Shown here piece after piece: positions 5,972 to 17,683 of a stretch of DNA of 53,682 nt. Made by a program: the position numbers and the translations under genes. Under the pieces are notes generated by a model. The model made no database searches and was not told the DNA's origin. It was given only the letters and a program-made list of their open reading frames with translations. This DNA comes from an uncultured Clostridium sp. Lineage in GTDB: Bacteria > Bacillota > Clostridia > TANB77 > CAG-508. Each line of letters begins with the position of its first letter. The stretch's first letter is position 1. The stretch is from the NCBI GenBank assembly GCA_947568535.1, contig CANOPF010000002.1, forward strand, positions 1 to 53,682. Reading direction: 5' to 3'.

Positions 5972-8284
5972 ATGCAAAATATATTAGAAGGATTAAATGA
6001 CAAACAATACGAAGCAATTGTTAATACAGAAGGACCATGTTTAGTCATAGCAGGAGCAGGAAGTGGAAAAACCAAAGTGTTAACCCATAAAATAGCTTAT
6101 TTAATCGATCAAAAAGGAGCCAAACCATGGGACATATTGGCTATAACATTTACGAATAAAGCAGCTAATGAAATGAAAGAAAGAATTATTAATTTAGTAG
6201 GAGATATAGCAAAAGATATTTGGATGGGAACCTTCCATTCCATTTGTGTACGAATATTGAGAAGATTTATTGATAGAATTGGATTTGACTCTTCTTTTAT
6301 TATATTTGATACAAGTGACCAAAGAACGCTAATTAAAGCATGTTTAAGAGATTTATCCATAGATGATAAATTATTCACAGACCGAAGTGTATTATCAGAA
6401 ATTAGTAATGCAAAGAATGAAATGCTAGAACCAGAGCAGTATACAATTCGAGCAAATGGAGATTTTCGAAAAGAAAAGATAGCAACAGTATATGAGTTAT
6501 ATCAAAAAAGATTAAGGGAAAACAATGCCATAGACTTCGACGATATTATTAACTATACAATAAAGATTTTAACCGAAAATCCAGATATACTTGAATATTA
6601 TACAAGTAAATTTAGATATGTATTAGTGGATGAATATCAAGATACGAATAAAGCACAATTTACATTAATAACCATATTAGCTTCAAGAAATGGGAATATT
6701 ACTGTAGTAGGGGATAATGACCAGGGAATATATAGTTTTAGAGGAGCGGATATTGCGAACATCTTAAATTTTGAAAGGGATTTTCCTGGTACAAAAATCA
6801 TAAAGTTAGAGCAAAATTATCGCTGTACACAAAATATTTTAAAAGCAGCTAACAGTGTAATTAAAAATAATGAAGTAAAATATAAAAAAGAACTTTGGAC
6901 GCAAAATACAGAAGGAAACTTACCACATGTATATCAAGCCAATAATGAATATGATGAAGCATCTTATATTGTAGAACAAATAGAACATCTAAAAAGAATT
7001 GAAAATTATACCTATTCAGATTTTGCTGTATTATATAGAATGAATACACAATCTAGAGCTATAGAAGATATCCTAAGAAGAGAAGATATCCCCTATAGAA
7101 TTATTGGGGGGCTAAAGTTTTATGAGAGAAAAGAAATTAAAGATTTAATTGCCTATTTACGATTAATTCAAAATAGTGCTGATAATTTGAGTTTAAAAAG
7201 GATTATTAATGAACCCAAAAGAGGAATAGGAAAAACAAGTTTAGATAAAATTGAACAATTAGCTATAACCAATGAAATATCTATGTATGAAGTAATCAAA
7301 AAGGCAGATGAATATGGATTAAATAGGGTATTTCTTAATTCTAGAGAGTTCATTAATTGTATAGAAGAATTAAAAATACAGAAAAATAATGTAACGTTAT
7401 CACAATTGATAAAATTGACACTAAAAAAGTCTGGATATACCAAGGCCCTAGAACAAGAAAATACCATTGAGGCAGAAAATAGAATGGCTAACTTAGAGGA
7501 ATTTTTAACCGTTGCTATTGAGTTTGAAGAGGAATTTGTAGAAAATTCATTAAGTGAATTTTTAGAAGGAATTACTTTATCAAGTGATTTAGACAATCAG
7601 GAAGAACAAGAAGAAATGGTTACATTGATGACACTGCATAGTGCAAAAGGATTAGAGTTTCCTGTTGTGTTTTTAGTAGGAATGGAAGAAGGAATCTTTC
7701 CAGGGCATCAATCTATCATGGACTTAAAAGAATTAGAAGAAGAAAGAAGATTATGCTATGTAGGAATTACTAGAGCAAAAGAGAACCTATTTCTAACTTG
7801 CAGTAAGCAAAGAACAATATTTGGTTCAACAAGTTACAATCCAGTATCGAGATTTTTACAAGAAATTCCTGAAGAGTTATTAGAAGGATATAATGAAGCA
7901 TTTGGACAAACTTCTCATAAAGATACTATGTTTAAGGATTATACCTATACATGGACATATGGAAAGAAAGATAATAACACAATACAGACTAAGCAAGTAA
8001 GTCAAAAAGAGCCAGTAATGGCAGTTAAGAGTAATCATACGAATTTCGCTTTTCGAACAGCAGAAAGTTTTTTAAACCATTTAGGAAAACAACCATCTGC
8101 TTCCAAAAAAATAGATTTATCACAATACAAAGCAGGAGTAAGAGTATTCCATAAAAAATTCGGAGAAGGAACAATTAATGTCGTAGAACCAGAGGGAGAG
8201 GATTTGAAAGTTGATATAAGCTTTGATAAAGCAGGACATAAACGATTAATGGCAAAGTATGCTAATTTAGAAATTATTAGATAA
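5972..8284 (+). CDS. pcrA: ATP-dependent DNA helicase PcrA (UvrD family)
   Basis: Motifs GAGSGKT (Walker A), AITFTNKAANEM, VLVDEYQDTN, VVGDNDQGIYSFRGA, LEQNYRC, TLHSAKGLEFPVVFL and YVGITRA. 770 aa with a PcrA-type C-terminal Tudor-like tail. Confidence 0.95.
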   Translation: MQNILEGLNDKQYEAIVNTEGPCLVIAGAGSGKTKVLTHKIAYLIDQKGAKPWDILAITFTNKAANEMKERIINLVGDIAKDIWMGTFHSICVRILRRFIDRIGFDSSFIIFDTSDQRTLIKACLRDLSIDDKLFTDRSVLSEISNAKNEMLEPEQYTIRANGDFRKEKIATVYELYQKRLRENNAIDFDDIINYTIKILTENPDILEYYTSKFRYVLVDEYQDTNKAQFTLITILASRNGNITVVGDNDQGIYSFRGADIANILNFERDFPGTKIIKLEQNYRCTQNILKAANSVIKNNEVKYKKELWTQNTEGNLPHVYQANNEYDEASYIVEQIEHLKRIENYTYSDFAVLYRMNTQSRAIEDILRREDIPYRIIGGLKFYERKEIKDLIAYLRLIQNSADNLSLKRIINEPKRGIGKTSLDKIEQLAITNEISMYEVIKKADEYGLNRVFLNSREFINCIEELKIQKNNVTLSQLIKLTLKKSGYTKALEQENTIEAENRMANLEEFLTVAIEFEEEFVENSLSEFLEGITLSSDLDNQEEQEEMVTLMTLHSAKGLEFPVVFLVGMEEGIFPGHQSIMDLKELEEERRLCYVGITRAKENLFLTCSKQRTIFGSTSYNPVSRFLQEIPEELLEGYNEAFGQTSHKDTMFKDYTYTWTYGKKDNNTIQTKQVSQKEPVMAVKSNHTNFAFRTAESFLNHLGKQPSASKKIDLSQYKAGVRVFHKKFGEGTINVVEPEGEDLKVDISFDKAGHKRLMAKYANLEIIR

Positions 8285-8290
8285 CATAAG

Positions 8291-8328
8291 CCTGAAGATA
8301 ACATGAAAATGGATCTTCAGGTTTATTT
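8291..8328 (+). terminator. Intrinsic terminator after pcrA
   Basis: CCTGAAGAT (8291-8299) pairs with ATCTTCAGG (8313-8321), followed by TTTATTT. Confidence 0.55.
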
Positions 8329-8411
8329 GATGGAAACTTCTCATTTTAAGAATAAAAAATTGAAAGAAGGGAAATAATACAATAAGAATAAAAAAGAAAG
8401 GATGGATAAAA

Positions 8412-8600
8412 ATGGCAGATTTGAATCAAATTGAATTACAACATCTAAGACATCTAATTGGTGCACATGAAACAGCATATCAAAAATTAAATACTTATTC
8501 TTCACAAGCAGTTGATCCACAAATCAAACAATTATTTTCAAAGTCAGCACAAGATGCCTTAAATACTAAACAAAAATTAATGACATTTTTAAACAATTAA
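8412..8600 (+). CDS. Small spore coat protein, CotF-family-like
   Basis: It has the ...DPQIKQLF...helical pattern typical of short clostridial Coat-F paralogs and is paired with a second Coat-F gene. Confidence 0.55.
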   Translation: MADLNQIELQHLRHLIGAHETAYQKLNTYSSQAVDPQIKQLFSKSAQDALNTKQKLMTFLNN

Positions 8601-8618
8601 AAGGAGGGAAAAGCAAAA

Positions 8619-8864
8619 ATGGATGAAAAAACAATGGTGAATGATATTTTAGGAAGTGTAAAAGCAGATTTAACAGCCTATCAAACAGCTATTTCGGAAT
8701 CAGAAAATATGCAGTTAAGGCAAACATTTCAACAAATTAGAAATAATGATGAAAGTTTTCAATATGAATTATTTAAAATAGCACAAACAAAAGGATATTA
8801 TGTTCCAGCACAAAAAGCAACGACAACAGAAATTAGTACAGTAAAAACAGAAGTACAACAATAA
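8619..8864 (+). CDS. Spore coat protein F (Coat_F domain)
   Basis: MVNDILGSVKADLTAYQTAISESENMQLRQTFQQIRNNDESFQYELFKIAQTKGYYVPA matches the Coat-F signature as I recall it. Confidence 0.7.
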   Translation: MDEKTMVNDILGSVKADLTAYQTAISESENMQLRQTFQQIRNNDESFQYELFKIAQTKGYYVPAQKATTTEISTVKTEVQQ

Positions 8865-8950
8865 AAAGTAAAGACATTTCTGAGCAGATTAAAGTGAACG
8901 CAATCATTAGACAAAAAAATATTTTTTCGTTAAGTGTTCCTTTGAGCTTT

Positions 8951-8985
8951 ACAGTATAGTTTGAAAACTATGCTGTTTTTATATT
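8951..8985 (+). terminator. Intrinsic terminator after the coat-F pair
   Basis: ACAGTATAGT (8951-8960) pairs with ACTATGCTGT (8967-8976), 10 bp with one G-U pair, then TTTTTATATTTT. Confidence 0.55.
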
Positions 8986-9483
8986 TTGAATACTTTCCTG
9001 AAAGGCATTTTTTCCTTGATCCTCGTTTATTGTAATACTTATTCTGTCAAAATCTACATAATAAATGTTTACTTGTTGATATAATTCACACATAATAAAA
9101 AGAGTTGAAGGATATATCATAAGAGAACAAATTAGCTTTGAACAGATTAGAGAATTTAGTGAAGAATATAATAAAAAATGTAATGATAGATAAAAAATAT
9201 TTATCTAAAAAACAATTAGAATGATTAGAACAAGAGTCAATTAAAATTAAAGCACATAAGCATGTTAAAAAAGATATCGTTTAAAGAAATAGCATGAGTA
9301 AAATGACAAAAAATGAAAATAAGAGATAAATGAAATAAAAAGAAGATAAATAATCAAAAAGCAAATAATCTTACGGAAATTCAGGATAAGGTATCTTTGC
9401 AAAAAAAGAAATATTACAATAAGATGACAATAAATGATTATCCATAGACAAGTAATGAATATACAAAGGAGATTGAAAAAAAC

Positions 9484-10497
9484 ATGTTCAAAAAAGTGAT
9501 GATACATACCAAAAGAAGTATTAAATTTACTGTTCTTTTTATGATTTTAACTTTTTTAATCATAGGTGCTATTGCCTTTTTATACAAACCTACCTATAGT
9601 GTCTTTATGAATGGAAAACAAGTGGGATACACAGAAAATAAGGCAGAGTTACAACAAAAAATCAACGATTATATTGAAAATGGTGAAGGAGATAATAAAG
9701 AAGTAGCCTTTGTGCAAGTGGAGCATATTCCTAGTTATCAATTATGTTTATTGAAAAAAAATATTGTAGCCAATGATGAGGAAATATTTGACAGAGTAAA
9801 AGAACAAGGAGTTACCTATTATCGATATTATGCCATTTTAGAAAATGAAGAAGAGAAATTGTATATGTCCCGTTTTGAAGAAGCAGAACAAGTTATAGAA
9901 GGATTAAAAGAGAAAAATAGTGCTAACTTAGAAAAAATATCTATTGTAGAAAAATATGAACAAACAAAGCAAGATGTAGTTACATCAGAACAAGCTATAG
10001 ATAAATTATATAAAAAACCAATAAAAGCATTAACGGTAGCTAAGAATGGCGTAAGCAATTATCGTACAACAGGAAATGTCAATACAGCCTTAACAACATC
10101 ATTAGGAAAAGCCGATATTGGTATTTCTCTTATTCGACCAATTTCAGGCACAATCAGTTCAAGATTTGGAGTACGTAGTAATATAAGAGTTTCATCACAT
10201 ACAGGCTTGGATATTGCTGCGTCATCAGGCACACCAATTTCAGCAGCAGCATCTGGGACTGTAACATTTTCTGGATACAAGGGTTCATATGGTTATATGA
10301 TTGTTATCACACATGGAAATGGCGTACAAACTTATTATGGGCATTGTAGTAAATTATATGTATCATCAGGGACGCAAGTATCGCAAGGACAAGTTATAGC
10401 AGCGGTTGGTTCAACAGGAAACTCAACAGGACCACATTTACACTTAGAAGTAAGAGTAAATGGAATTGCCTATAATCCACAAAACTATGTATATTAA
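9484..10497 (+). CDS. M23-family peptidoglycan DD-metalloendopeptidase with N-terminal membrane anchor
   Basis: HTGLDIAA...GTVTFSGYKGSYGYMIVITHGNGVQTYYGHCSKL...GSTGNSTGPHLHLEV carries the HxxxD and HxH LytM motifs. N-terminal TM segment FTVLFMILTFLIIGAIAFLY. Confidence 0.9.
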   Translation: MFKKVMIHTKRSIKFTVLFMILTFLIIGAIAFLYKPTYSVFMNGKQVGYTENKAELQQKINDYIENGEGDNKEVAFVQVEHIPSYQLCLLKKNIVANDEEIFDRVKEQGVTYYRYYAILENEEEKLYMSRFEEAEQVIEGLKEKNSANLEKISIVEKYEQTKQDVVTSEQAIDKLYKKPIKALTVAKNGVSNYRTTGNVNTALTTSLGKADIGISLIRPISGTISSRFGVRSNIRVSSHTGLDIAASSGTPISAAASGTVTFSGYKGSYGYMIVITHGNGVQTYYGHCSKLYVSSGTQVSQGQVIAAVGSTGNSTGPHLHLEVRVNGIAYNPQNYVY

Positions 10498-10503
10498 TAT
10501 AAA

Positions 10504-10545
10504 AATAATTCGATTGTTCAATAAACAATCGAATTATTTTGTTAT
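10504..10545. terminator. Bidirectional terminator between the convergent M23 peptidase and mecA genes
   Basis: Perfect 15-bp stem AATAATTCGATTGTT (10504-10518) with AACAATCGAATTATT (10524-10538), 5-nt loop, T/A runs on both sides. Confidence 0.65.
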
Positions 10546-10565
10546 ATAGAAAAAATACATGATAC

Positions 10566-11186
10566 TTAATTGGCGAAGAACTGAATACCAATCTCAATAG
10601 CATTTTTCTTTATAATAGCTTTACTATGTTCCAATAATTTTGCCTCAAAATGAGGAGAAAAAGATACAGGTTTAGCAAACTCAGATAGAGTAGAATAAAA
10701 TAAAGAATTGTTCTTGTAGTTTGGTTGACTATTTCTTAAAATTAGATAATAGAAATTTTTCCACTCATATAAAGCTATGTTTTTGGCTAATTTATTCCAA
10801 TCAATTTTATGTAAAGTTTTAACACTATTGCAAAATTCACAAAACGTATCAAAATGATCAAAACGGTAAATAGCGTGTTGCTTTAATGGATGAAAAGATT
10901 TTCTTTTAGCAATTAGTTTTTTCTTTGGGCAATCTGTTTCTAGAACATATTTAGTAATGGTAAAAACTAAAATATCATCAAGAGAAGAAAATGTTTCGAT
11001 TAGTATTTTGCAACCATCGGTATGAAAATTCACTTCTTTTTCAGCTTTTTTTAAAATTTTAGAGAAAAAATCTTGTGTTTCCATAGCTTTTGTCATCATA
11101 TGATGAACATTTATATTACTTACTCCTAATTCGTCTGTATTAATAATTACACGAATTTTATTTTCTGTTAGTTTTTCAATTTTCAT
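10566..11186 (-). CDS. mecA: Adaptor protein MecA (ClpC adaptor)
   Basis: MKIEKLTENKIRVIINTDEL... N-terminus, an internal ...ILVFTITK block, and a C-terminal ...YYLIL...LSEFAKP...LLEHSKAIIKKNAIEIGIQFF pattern, as in MecA. Confidence 0.75.
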   Translation of the reverse strand: MKIEKLTENKIRVIINTDELGVSNINVHHMMTKAMETQDFFSKILKKAEKEVNFHTDGCKILIETFSSLDDILVFTITKYVLETDCPKKKLIAKRKSFHPLKQHAIYRFDHFDTFCEFCNSVKTLHKIDWNKLAKNIALYEWKNFYYLILRNSQPNYKNNSLFYSTLSEFAKPVSFSPHFEAKLLEHSKAIIKKNAIEIGIQFFAN

Positions 11187-11384
11187 AAAGATAAGTTCCC
11201 CCTTAACTATTATTAATTATATTATACTACTTATATTATTATATTGAAAGCCACAATTTTTGGCAATTAAAATGGAAAAAAATATAGTATTATACTTGAA
11301 AAATTTACTGATTCAAGATATAATACCAAAAGTAGAATAAAAATGCAATAGCCGTAGATAAATCAATAAAAATGGAGGGATAAA

Positions 11385-11642
11385 ATGGCAACAAAAGAAA
11401 AAAATATATGGATATTATTAATATTTATTTTATCTGGATTAGTAGTAGGGGGATTATTGGGAGAATTAGCTTCAAAAGTAAATTGGCTTTGGTGGTTATC
11501 TTACAGTCAAAGTTTTGGATTGGGACATCCTATCGAATTAGATTTAAGTGTTGCCAAGATTACTTTTGGTCTGCTATTTAAAATTAGTATATCTAGCATA
11601 ATAGGAATGGTATTAGCTATATTCATCTATAAAAAAATATAA
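11385..11642 (+). CDS. DUF4321-type small membrane protein
   Basis: 85 aa with two TM segments. The LSGLVVGGLLGELASK...LDLSVAKITFGL...IIGMVLAIFIYKKI pattern and its position just upstream of radC-mreB are typical for DUF4321 in Clostridia. Confidence 0.6.
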   Translation: MATKEKNIWILLIFILSGLVVGGLLGELASKVNWLWWLSYSQSFGLGHPIELDLSVAKITFGLLFKISISSIIGMVLAIFIYKKI

Positions 11643-11675
11643 TAGGGGTAATAGGAACAGGAAAGGAACGATTTT

Positions 11676-12381
11676 TTGCCAATTACAATAAAAGAATTAC
11701 CAGAATTAGAACGACCTTATGAAAAAATGCAATGGTATGGAGAAAAGTCATTATCAAATGCGGAATTACTTGCCATTATTATTAAAACAGGGACAAAACA
11801 AGAGACTTCTGTACAAGTAGCACAAGAAATATTAAAGTTAAATCAAACAGAAACAGAAGGGATTAATTTTTTAAGAAATATAACCATAGAAGAGCTTATG
11901 GAGATTAATGGTATTGGGAGAGTGAAAGCCATTCAATTAAAAGCAGTAGGAGAATTGGCAAATCGAATGACTATGCCATTCCATTATAAAAAAATTATCA
12001 TTAAAGAACCTTATGACTTAGCAAAAATTATGATGGAAGAATTACGATTTCAAAAAAGAGAAATTGCCAAAATTATTATTTTAAATAATAAAAATGAAAT
12101 ATTGAAAATGAAGGATATCGCTATGCGGAGGAGCTAATTTTGCTAATCTTTCCGTAAAAGATATTGTAGAAGAGCCCATTAAAATGAAAGCACCAAAAAT
12201 TATTTTAGTCCATAATCATCCAAGTGGAGATGCAACGCCAAGCCAACAGGATATTGAATTTACGAATCATATATATGATGCCACTAGTTTATTAGGTATT
12301 CAATTATTAGACCATTTGGTCATAGGAAATAAAACATATACCAGTATCTTTTCAACAATAGCTTCAGAAACAGAAGAATAA
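11676..12381 (+). pseudogene. radC: RadC-family JAB-domain protein, split by a +1 frameshift near nt 12117
   Basis: N-terminal part carries ...LSNAELLAIIIKTGTKQETSVQVAQEIL...INGIGRVKAIQLKA. The second frame, open from 12112, reads RISLCGGANFANLSVKDIVEEPIKMKAPKIILVHNHPSGDATPSQQDIEFT (JAMM motif). Deleting one nt restores a normal RadC. Confidence 0.85.
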
Positions 12382-12435
12382 ATGTCCCTAGTCATTCCAG
12401 ACTTTAACGGGGACAACCTATAGAGTAATCGATAA

Positions 12436-13528
<1,093 letters not shown>

Positions 13529-13538
13529 GGAGTAGAAG

Positions 13539-14357
13539 ATGCATCGTAATAGAAAAGTGGGTATAATAGGAATTATGATAACGATCATTATCTTAATATT
13601 AATTGTGATTTTTTCAAATGGAGATTCAGAGAATTCTTTTTTTGAAAATGTAGCAAGTAATTTCGTCATGCCTATTCAAAATGGTTTGACCTATTTAAAG
13701 AATAAAATGAGTGGAAATCATACATTTTTTACCGATATTAATCATCTAAAAGAAGAAAATAAACAACTAAAAGAGACAAATAGTGAATTAGAGCAATCAT
13801 TAAGAGAATTAGAAAATATCAAGACGCAAAATGAGACATTGAAAGAATATCTAAATTTAACAGAAAAGTATGGAGAATATAAAACTATACCAGGATATGT
13901 GATTAATAAAGATATTAGTAATTATTCCAAAACGATAGTTATTAACTTAGGGAAAAAAGATAATGTTGAAAAAGATATGACTGTCATTGGAGACCAAGGA
14001 TTAGTGGGACATGTCATATCTGTTACAGATACAACAGCTAAAGTACAGACAATTATCGATACAGCAAGTTCGGTAAGTTGTTCCATGAGTACAACCAAGG
14101 ATAGTATTGTATGTAAAGGAACGTTAGATGAAAAATCTTCCTTAAGAGCAATGTATATTCCAACAGAAGCCAATATTATTCAAGGAGATAGTATCGAAAC
14201 TTCAGGATTAGGAGGAATTTATCCAAAAGGGATTCATATTGGAACCGTAAAAAAAGTAACCAATACACAAAATATGACCGATCGATATGCTATGATAGAA
14301 ACGGCAGTTGATTTTGATAAACTAGATACCGTATTAGTCATAACAAATCAATCATAA
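13539..14357 (+). CDS. mreC: Rod shape-determining protein MreC
   Basis: N-terminal TM segment, coiled coil (LKEENKQLKETNSELEQSLRELE), and beta-barrel region with VIGDQGLVGHV...V and SGLGGIYPKGIHIGTV motifs. Position after mreB. Confidence 0.85.
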   Translation: MHRNRKVGIIGIMITIIILILIVIFSNGDSENSFFENVASNFVMPIQNGLTYLKNKMSGNHTFFTDINHLKEENKQLKETNSELEQSLRELENIKTQNETLKEYLNLTEKYGEYKTIPGYVINKDISNYSKTIVINLGKKDNVEKDMTVIGDQGLVGHVISVTDTTAKVQTIIDTASSVSCSMSTTKDSIVCKGTLDEKSSLRAMYIPTEANIIQGDSIETSGLGGIYPKGIHIGTVKKVTNTQNMTDRYAMIETAVDFDKLDTVLVITNQS

Positions 14358-14364
14358 AAATGAG

Positions 14365-14907
14365 GTGAATCAATTGAAAAAAACGGTGATTAATATTAGT
14401 TTAATAATAGTAGCTATGTTAATTTATATCTTACAAGCTAATTTTTTCCATTGGTTTTCTATAGCAGGAATTATGCCAAATTTATTTGTTATCTTTATTT
14501 TGTTTATTGGATTATTTGCCAATAGAACAATGGGAACCATTTATGGATTAATTGTGGGGATAATATTAGATTTAACCATAGGTACAAAGGTAGGTAGTTA
14601 TAGCATAGGACTAGGGCTAATTGGTTTTTTAGCAGCTATATTTGATAAGAACTTTTCCAAAGATAGTAGAATGACCATAATGGTCATGGTAGTTGTGGTG
14701 ACTTGTATCTTTGAAATTTTATCATATCTATTGATGTATATCTTTTTCTCTATTCATTTAGAGATAGTAAATTTTATCAAGATTTTGGCTGTAGAAGTCG
14801 TATATAATTTAATCTTAACCATTATCATATATCCACTGATACAAAAATGTGGATATTTTATCGAAAATGAATATAAAGATAACAGAATTTTAACACGTTA
14901 TTTTTAA
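14365..14907 (+). CDS. mreD: Rod shape-determining protein MreD (GTG start)
   Basis: 180-aa polytopic membrane protein directly after mreC. Confidence 0.7.
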   Translation: MNQLKKTVINISLIIVAMLIYILQANFFHWFSIAGIMPNLFVIFILFIGLFANRTMGTIYGLIVGIILDLTIGTKVGSYSIGLGLIGFLAAIFDKNFSKDSRMTIMVMVVVVTCIFEILSYLLMYIFFSIHLEIVNFIKILAVEVVYNLILTIIIYPLIQKCGYFIENEYKDNRILTRYF

Positions 14908-14943
14908 TGTATAGGAAAAATGTAAAGAAAAGAAGGTGAAAAT

Positions 14944-17058
14944 TTGAGGAAACACATGACTAAAAAAGCTAACATAAATTTTAGATTTAACTTGTTAATG
15001 GTTTTTATTTATATTATTGGCATTATTTTAATTGTTAGATTATTTAGCCTTCAAATTGTGCATGGAGCAGAATATAGAGAACAATCAAATACACGACTAA
15101 CAAGAGAAAGTACCCTAGAAGCTTCTCGAGGAACCATTCTAGACAAAACAGGAACAACATTGGTTGGTTCTAAAATCGAATTTTCACTAGAAATGTATAA
15201 AAGTAAAGTAGATACAGATACATTAAATCAGTCCATTCTTAATATGATAGATGTATTGGAAAAGCATCAATGTTCATATTCTGATTCATTTCCTATTACC
15301 ATTGATCCATTTGAATTTACCATTTCTGATGAATCATTAGTTAATTGGAAAAAAGCCAATCTATTAGAAGAAAATATATCAGCAGAATCAGCCTTTCTTA
15401 AATTTAAAGATAAATATAAAATAAAAAACACAAATGTTCAAGAAGTGAGAAAAATCATAACCATTCGTTATTTGCTTTCTCAACAGGGCTATAGTAGTAT
15501 TAGAGCGGTAACTATTGCACAAGATATTCCTAGAGAAGCAGTAGCAGAATTTAGTGAAAGTTCCGAAAAATTTGCAGGGATTAATATTGTCGTACAACCA
15601 GTAAGGGAATATACTTCTGGGAATTTGGCTTCTCACATATTAGGCTACGCAGGGAAAATTAGTAGCGAAGAATATGAATTACGAAAAAATTATTATAGTC
15701 GTAATGATATTATTGGAAAAACAGGAATTGAATATGTATTTGAAGAATTTCTAAAAGGGAAAAATGGAATAAAGCAAATTGATATGGCAGTAGATGGTAC
15801 AACTACAGCAGAATATATTGCAAAAGAAGCAATTGCAGGATCTGATGTTGTTCTTACGATAGATGCTAATCTTCAAAAAATAACAGAAGATGCGTTATCG
15901 GCAAACATACAAAAGATAGCAACAGGAGGATTTGGAAAATCTTATCAAGCAAAAGCAGGAGCAGCAGTTGTTATGAACGTAAATACAGGAGAAGTTTTAG
16001 CTATGGCTAGTTATCCAGATTATAATCCAGCAGACTTTGTAGGAGGAATTAGTCAAAGTGCGTGGAATAATTACACGAATAATGAAGCTAAACCACTTGT
16101 TAATAAAGCAACACAAAATTCCTATTCACCAGGATCTACCTTTAAAATGATAACGGCAATAGCAGGTTTAGAATCAGGTACAATCAATTTGAACACAACA
16201 ATTAATGATACAGGAGTGTATACCAAATATAGAGATTATCAACCACGATGTTGGATTTATACAGATTACCACAGGGGACATGGCTTTTTAAACGTTTCAG
16301 GAGCAATAGAAAAATCATGTAATTATTTCTTTTATGAAACAGCAGATAAAATGGGAATTGATAATTTAGTTAAATATGCAAGATATTTTGGATTAGGAAC
16401 AAAAACAGGAATTGAGCTACAAAGTGAGACATCTGGAGTATTAGCAAGTAAAGAAACAAGACCAAACTTACATCCTAATGAGCCATATTGGAGTCCAGGA
16501 AATACATTACAGGCAGCCATTGGACAAAGTGATAATGAATTTAGCCCATTGCAAATGGCAAGATATATTAGTATGCTTGCTAATGGTGGTCATAAAGTAG
16601 ACGTGACCATTGTAAAAACAATTAGAAATGCAGATGGTTCAGAAACATCCAGACAAGAAATTAATCAATTTGTAAATCAAAAATTAGGATTAGAAAGTCA
16701 AGAAGAAGACAACATAGAAATGAATCCTAATTATTTAAAAGCTGTTTTAGAAGGTATGAAATCAGTTACTAGTGACAGTGGGGGAACAGCATATGTAAGA
16801 TTTAAAGATTTCAATATCAGTGTAGGAGGAAAAACAGGTTCAGCAGAAGCACCAAATAATAAAGTACATGCCTGGTTTGTTGGATTTGCTCCATTTGAAA
16901 ATCCCGAAATAGCTATTGTTGTTATGGTAGAAAATGGAGGACATGGAAATTATACAGCAGAAGTAGTAAGAGACATTATGGCAGAATATTTTGGAATGAA
17001 CACAAAAAATGTTGAAGAAGACATGAGTGCAATACCATATATAGAAATCATGAGATAG
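14944..17058 (+). CDS. mrdA: Class B penicillin-binding protein 2 (elongation transpeptidase)
   Basis: N-terminal anchor and PBP dimerisation region. Transpeptidase motifs STFK (SPGSTFKMITA) and KTGSAE. Position after mreBCD. Confidence 0.88.
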   Translation: MRKHMTKKANINFRFNLLMVFIYIIGIILIVRLFSLQIVHGAEYREQSNTRLTRESTLEASRGTILDKTGTTLVGSKIEFSLEMYKSKVDTDTLNQSILNMIDVLEKHQCSYSDSFPITIDPFEFTISDESLVNWKKANLLEENISAESAFLKFKDKYKIKNTNVQEVRKIITIRYLLSQQGYSSIRAVTIAQDIPREAVAEFSESSEKFAGINIVVQPVREYTSGNLASHILGYAGKISSEEYELRKNYYSRNDIIGKTGIEYVFEEFLKGKNGIKQIDMAVDGTTTAEYIAKEAIAGSDVVLTIDANLQKITEDALSANIQKIATGGFGKSYQAKAGAAVVMNVNTGEVLAMASYPDYNPADFVGGISQSAWNNYTNNEAKPLVNKATQNSYSPGSTFKMITAIAGLESGTINLNTTINDTGVYTKYRDYQPRCWIYTDYHRGHGFLNVSGAIEKSCNYFFYETADKMGIDNLVKYARYFGLGTKTGIELQSETSGVLASKETRPNLHPNEPYWSPGNTLQAAIGQSDNEFSPLQMARYISMLANGGHKVDVTIVKTIRNADGSETSRQEINQFVNQKLGLESQEEDNIEMNPNYLKAVLEGMKSVTSDSGGTAYVRFKDFNISVGGKTGSAEAPNNKVHAWFVGFAPFENPEIAIVVMVENGGHGNYTAEVVRDIMAEYFGMNTKNVEEDMSAIPYIEIMR

Positions 17059-17071
17059 GAAGGAAGTAAAA

Positions 17072-17683
17072 ATGAAAAATTGTGTTAGCATTAATTTAAA
17101 GAAAGATCAAATTGTTATTAAACTAAGTGACGAAGCTAGTCATATCGAAATAATAGAAGCATTAAAGAAGAAATTGACAGAATTAAAAAAGTTGTATAAA
17201 GAAGAAACAACACCTATCATGGTAACAGGAAAGATTTTGAAAAATAAGGAAATTGATGAAATACAAGAGTTAATCAAAAGTAAAATAGACGTAGAAATTG
17301 ATTTTGATATGCCTAAAAGTTTAGGATTACATAGTATAAAAAAAACATTTGAGAGAGAAATTGCTATATCAGAAACAAAATTTCATCGAGGTTCTTTGCG
17401 TTCTGGTCAAAAAATGGAATCAGAAGGTAGCTTAGTCATTATTGGAGACGTCAATTCAGGTGCAGAAGTAATGGCATCTGATCACATCATTGTATTAGGA
17501 GCCTTGAGAGGATTGGCACATGCAGGAGCAAAAGGAAATAAACAAGCAATTATAGCTGCAGGTTTATTAGATACGGTACAAATTAGAATTGCTAATATGG
17601 TCAAGGAAATCGACCGTGATGAAGAACCTATGCACAAACAGGCTTATGTTAGTATTGATAAAGATAATATCATCATTGATTAA
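17072..17683 (+). CDS. minC: Septum site-determining protein MinC
   Basis: C-terminal beta-helix signature GSLRSGQKMESEGSLVIIGDVNSGAEVMASDHIIVLGALRGLAHAGAKGNKQAIIAA...VQIRIA. Confidence 0.85.
   Translation: MKNCVSINLKKDQIVIKLSDEASHIEIIEALKKKLTELKKLYKEETTPIMVTGKILKNKEIDEIQELIKSKIDVEIDFDMPKSLGLHSIKKTFEREIAISETKFHRGSLRSGQKMESEGSLVIIGDVNSGAEVMASDHIIVLGALRGLAHAGAKGNKQAIIAAGLLDTVQIRIANMVKEIDRDEEPMHKQAYVSIDKDNIIID

Noticed and set aside
8865-9483. A 600-nt gap upstream of the M23 peptidase, examined for a riboswitch (for example the c-di-AMP/ydaO type that often precedes cell-wall hydrolases) or a gene remnant.
   Set aside because: I found no GC-rich conserved helices or recognisable riboswitch core. 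There is only a ~27-codon open stretch (about 9117-9200) with no start or SD. I cannot exclude a small RNA without folding or search tools.
9265-9507. 80-aa minus-strand ORF overlapping the start of the M23 peptidase gene.
   Set aside because: It is a hydrophobic low-complexity translation of AT-rich intergenic DNA. It has no SD and overlaps the SD and start of a well-supported gene.
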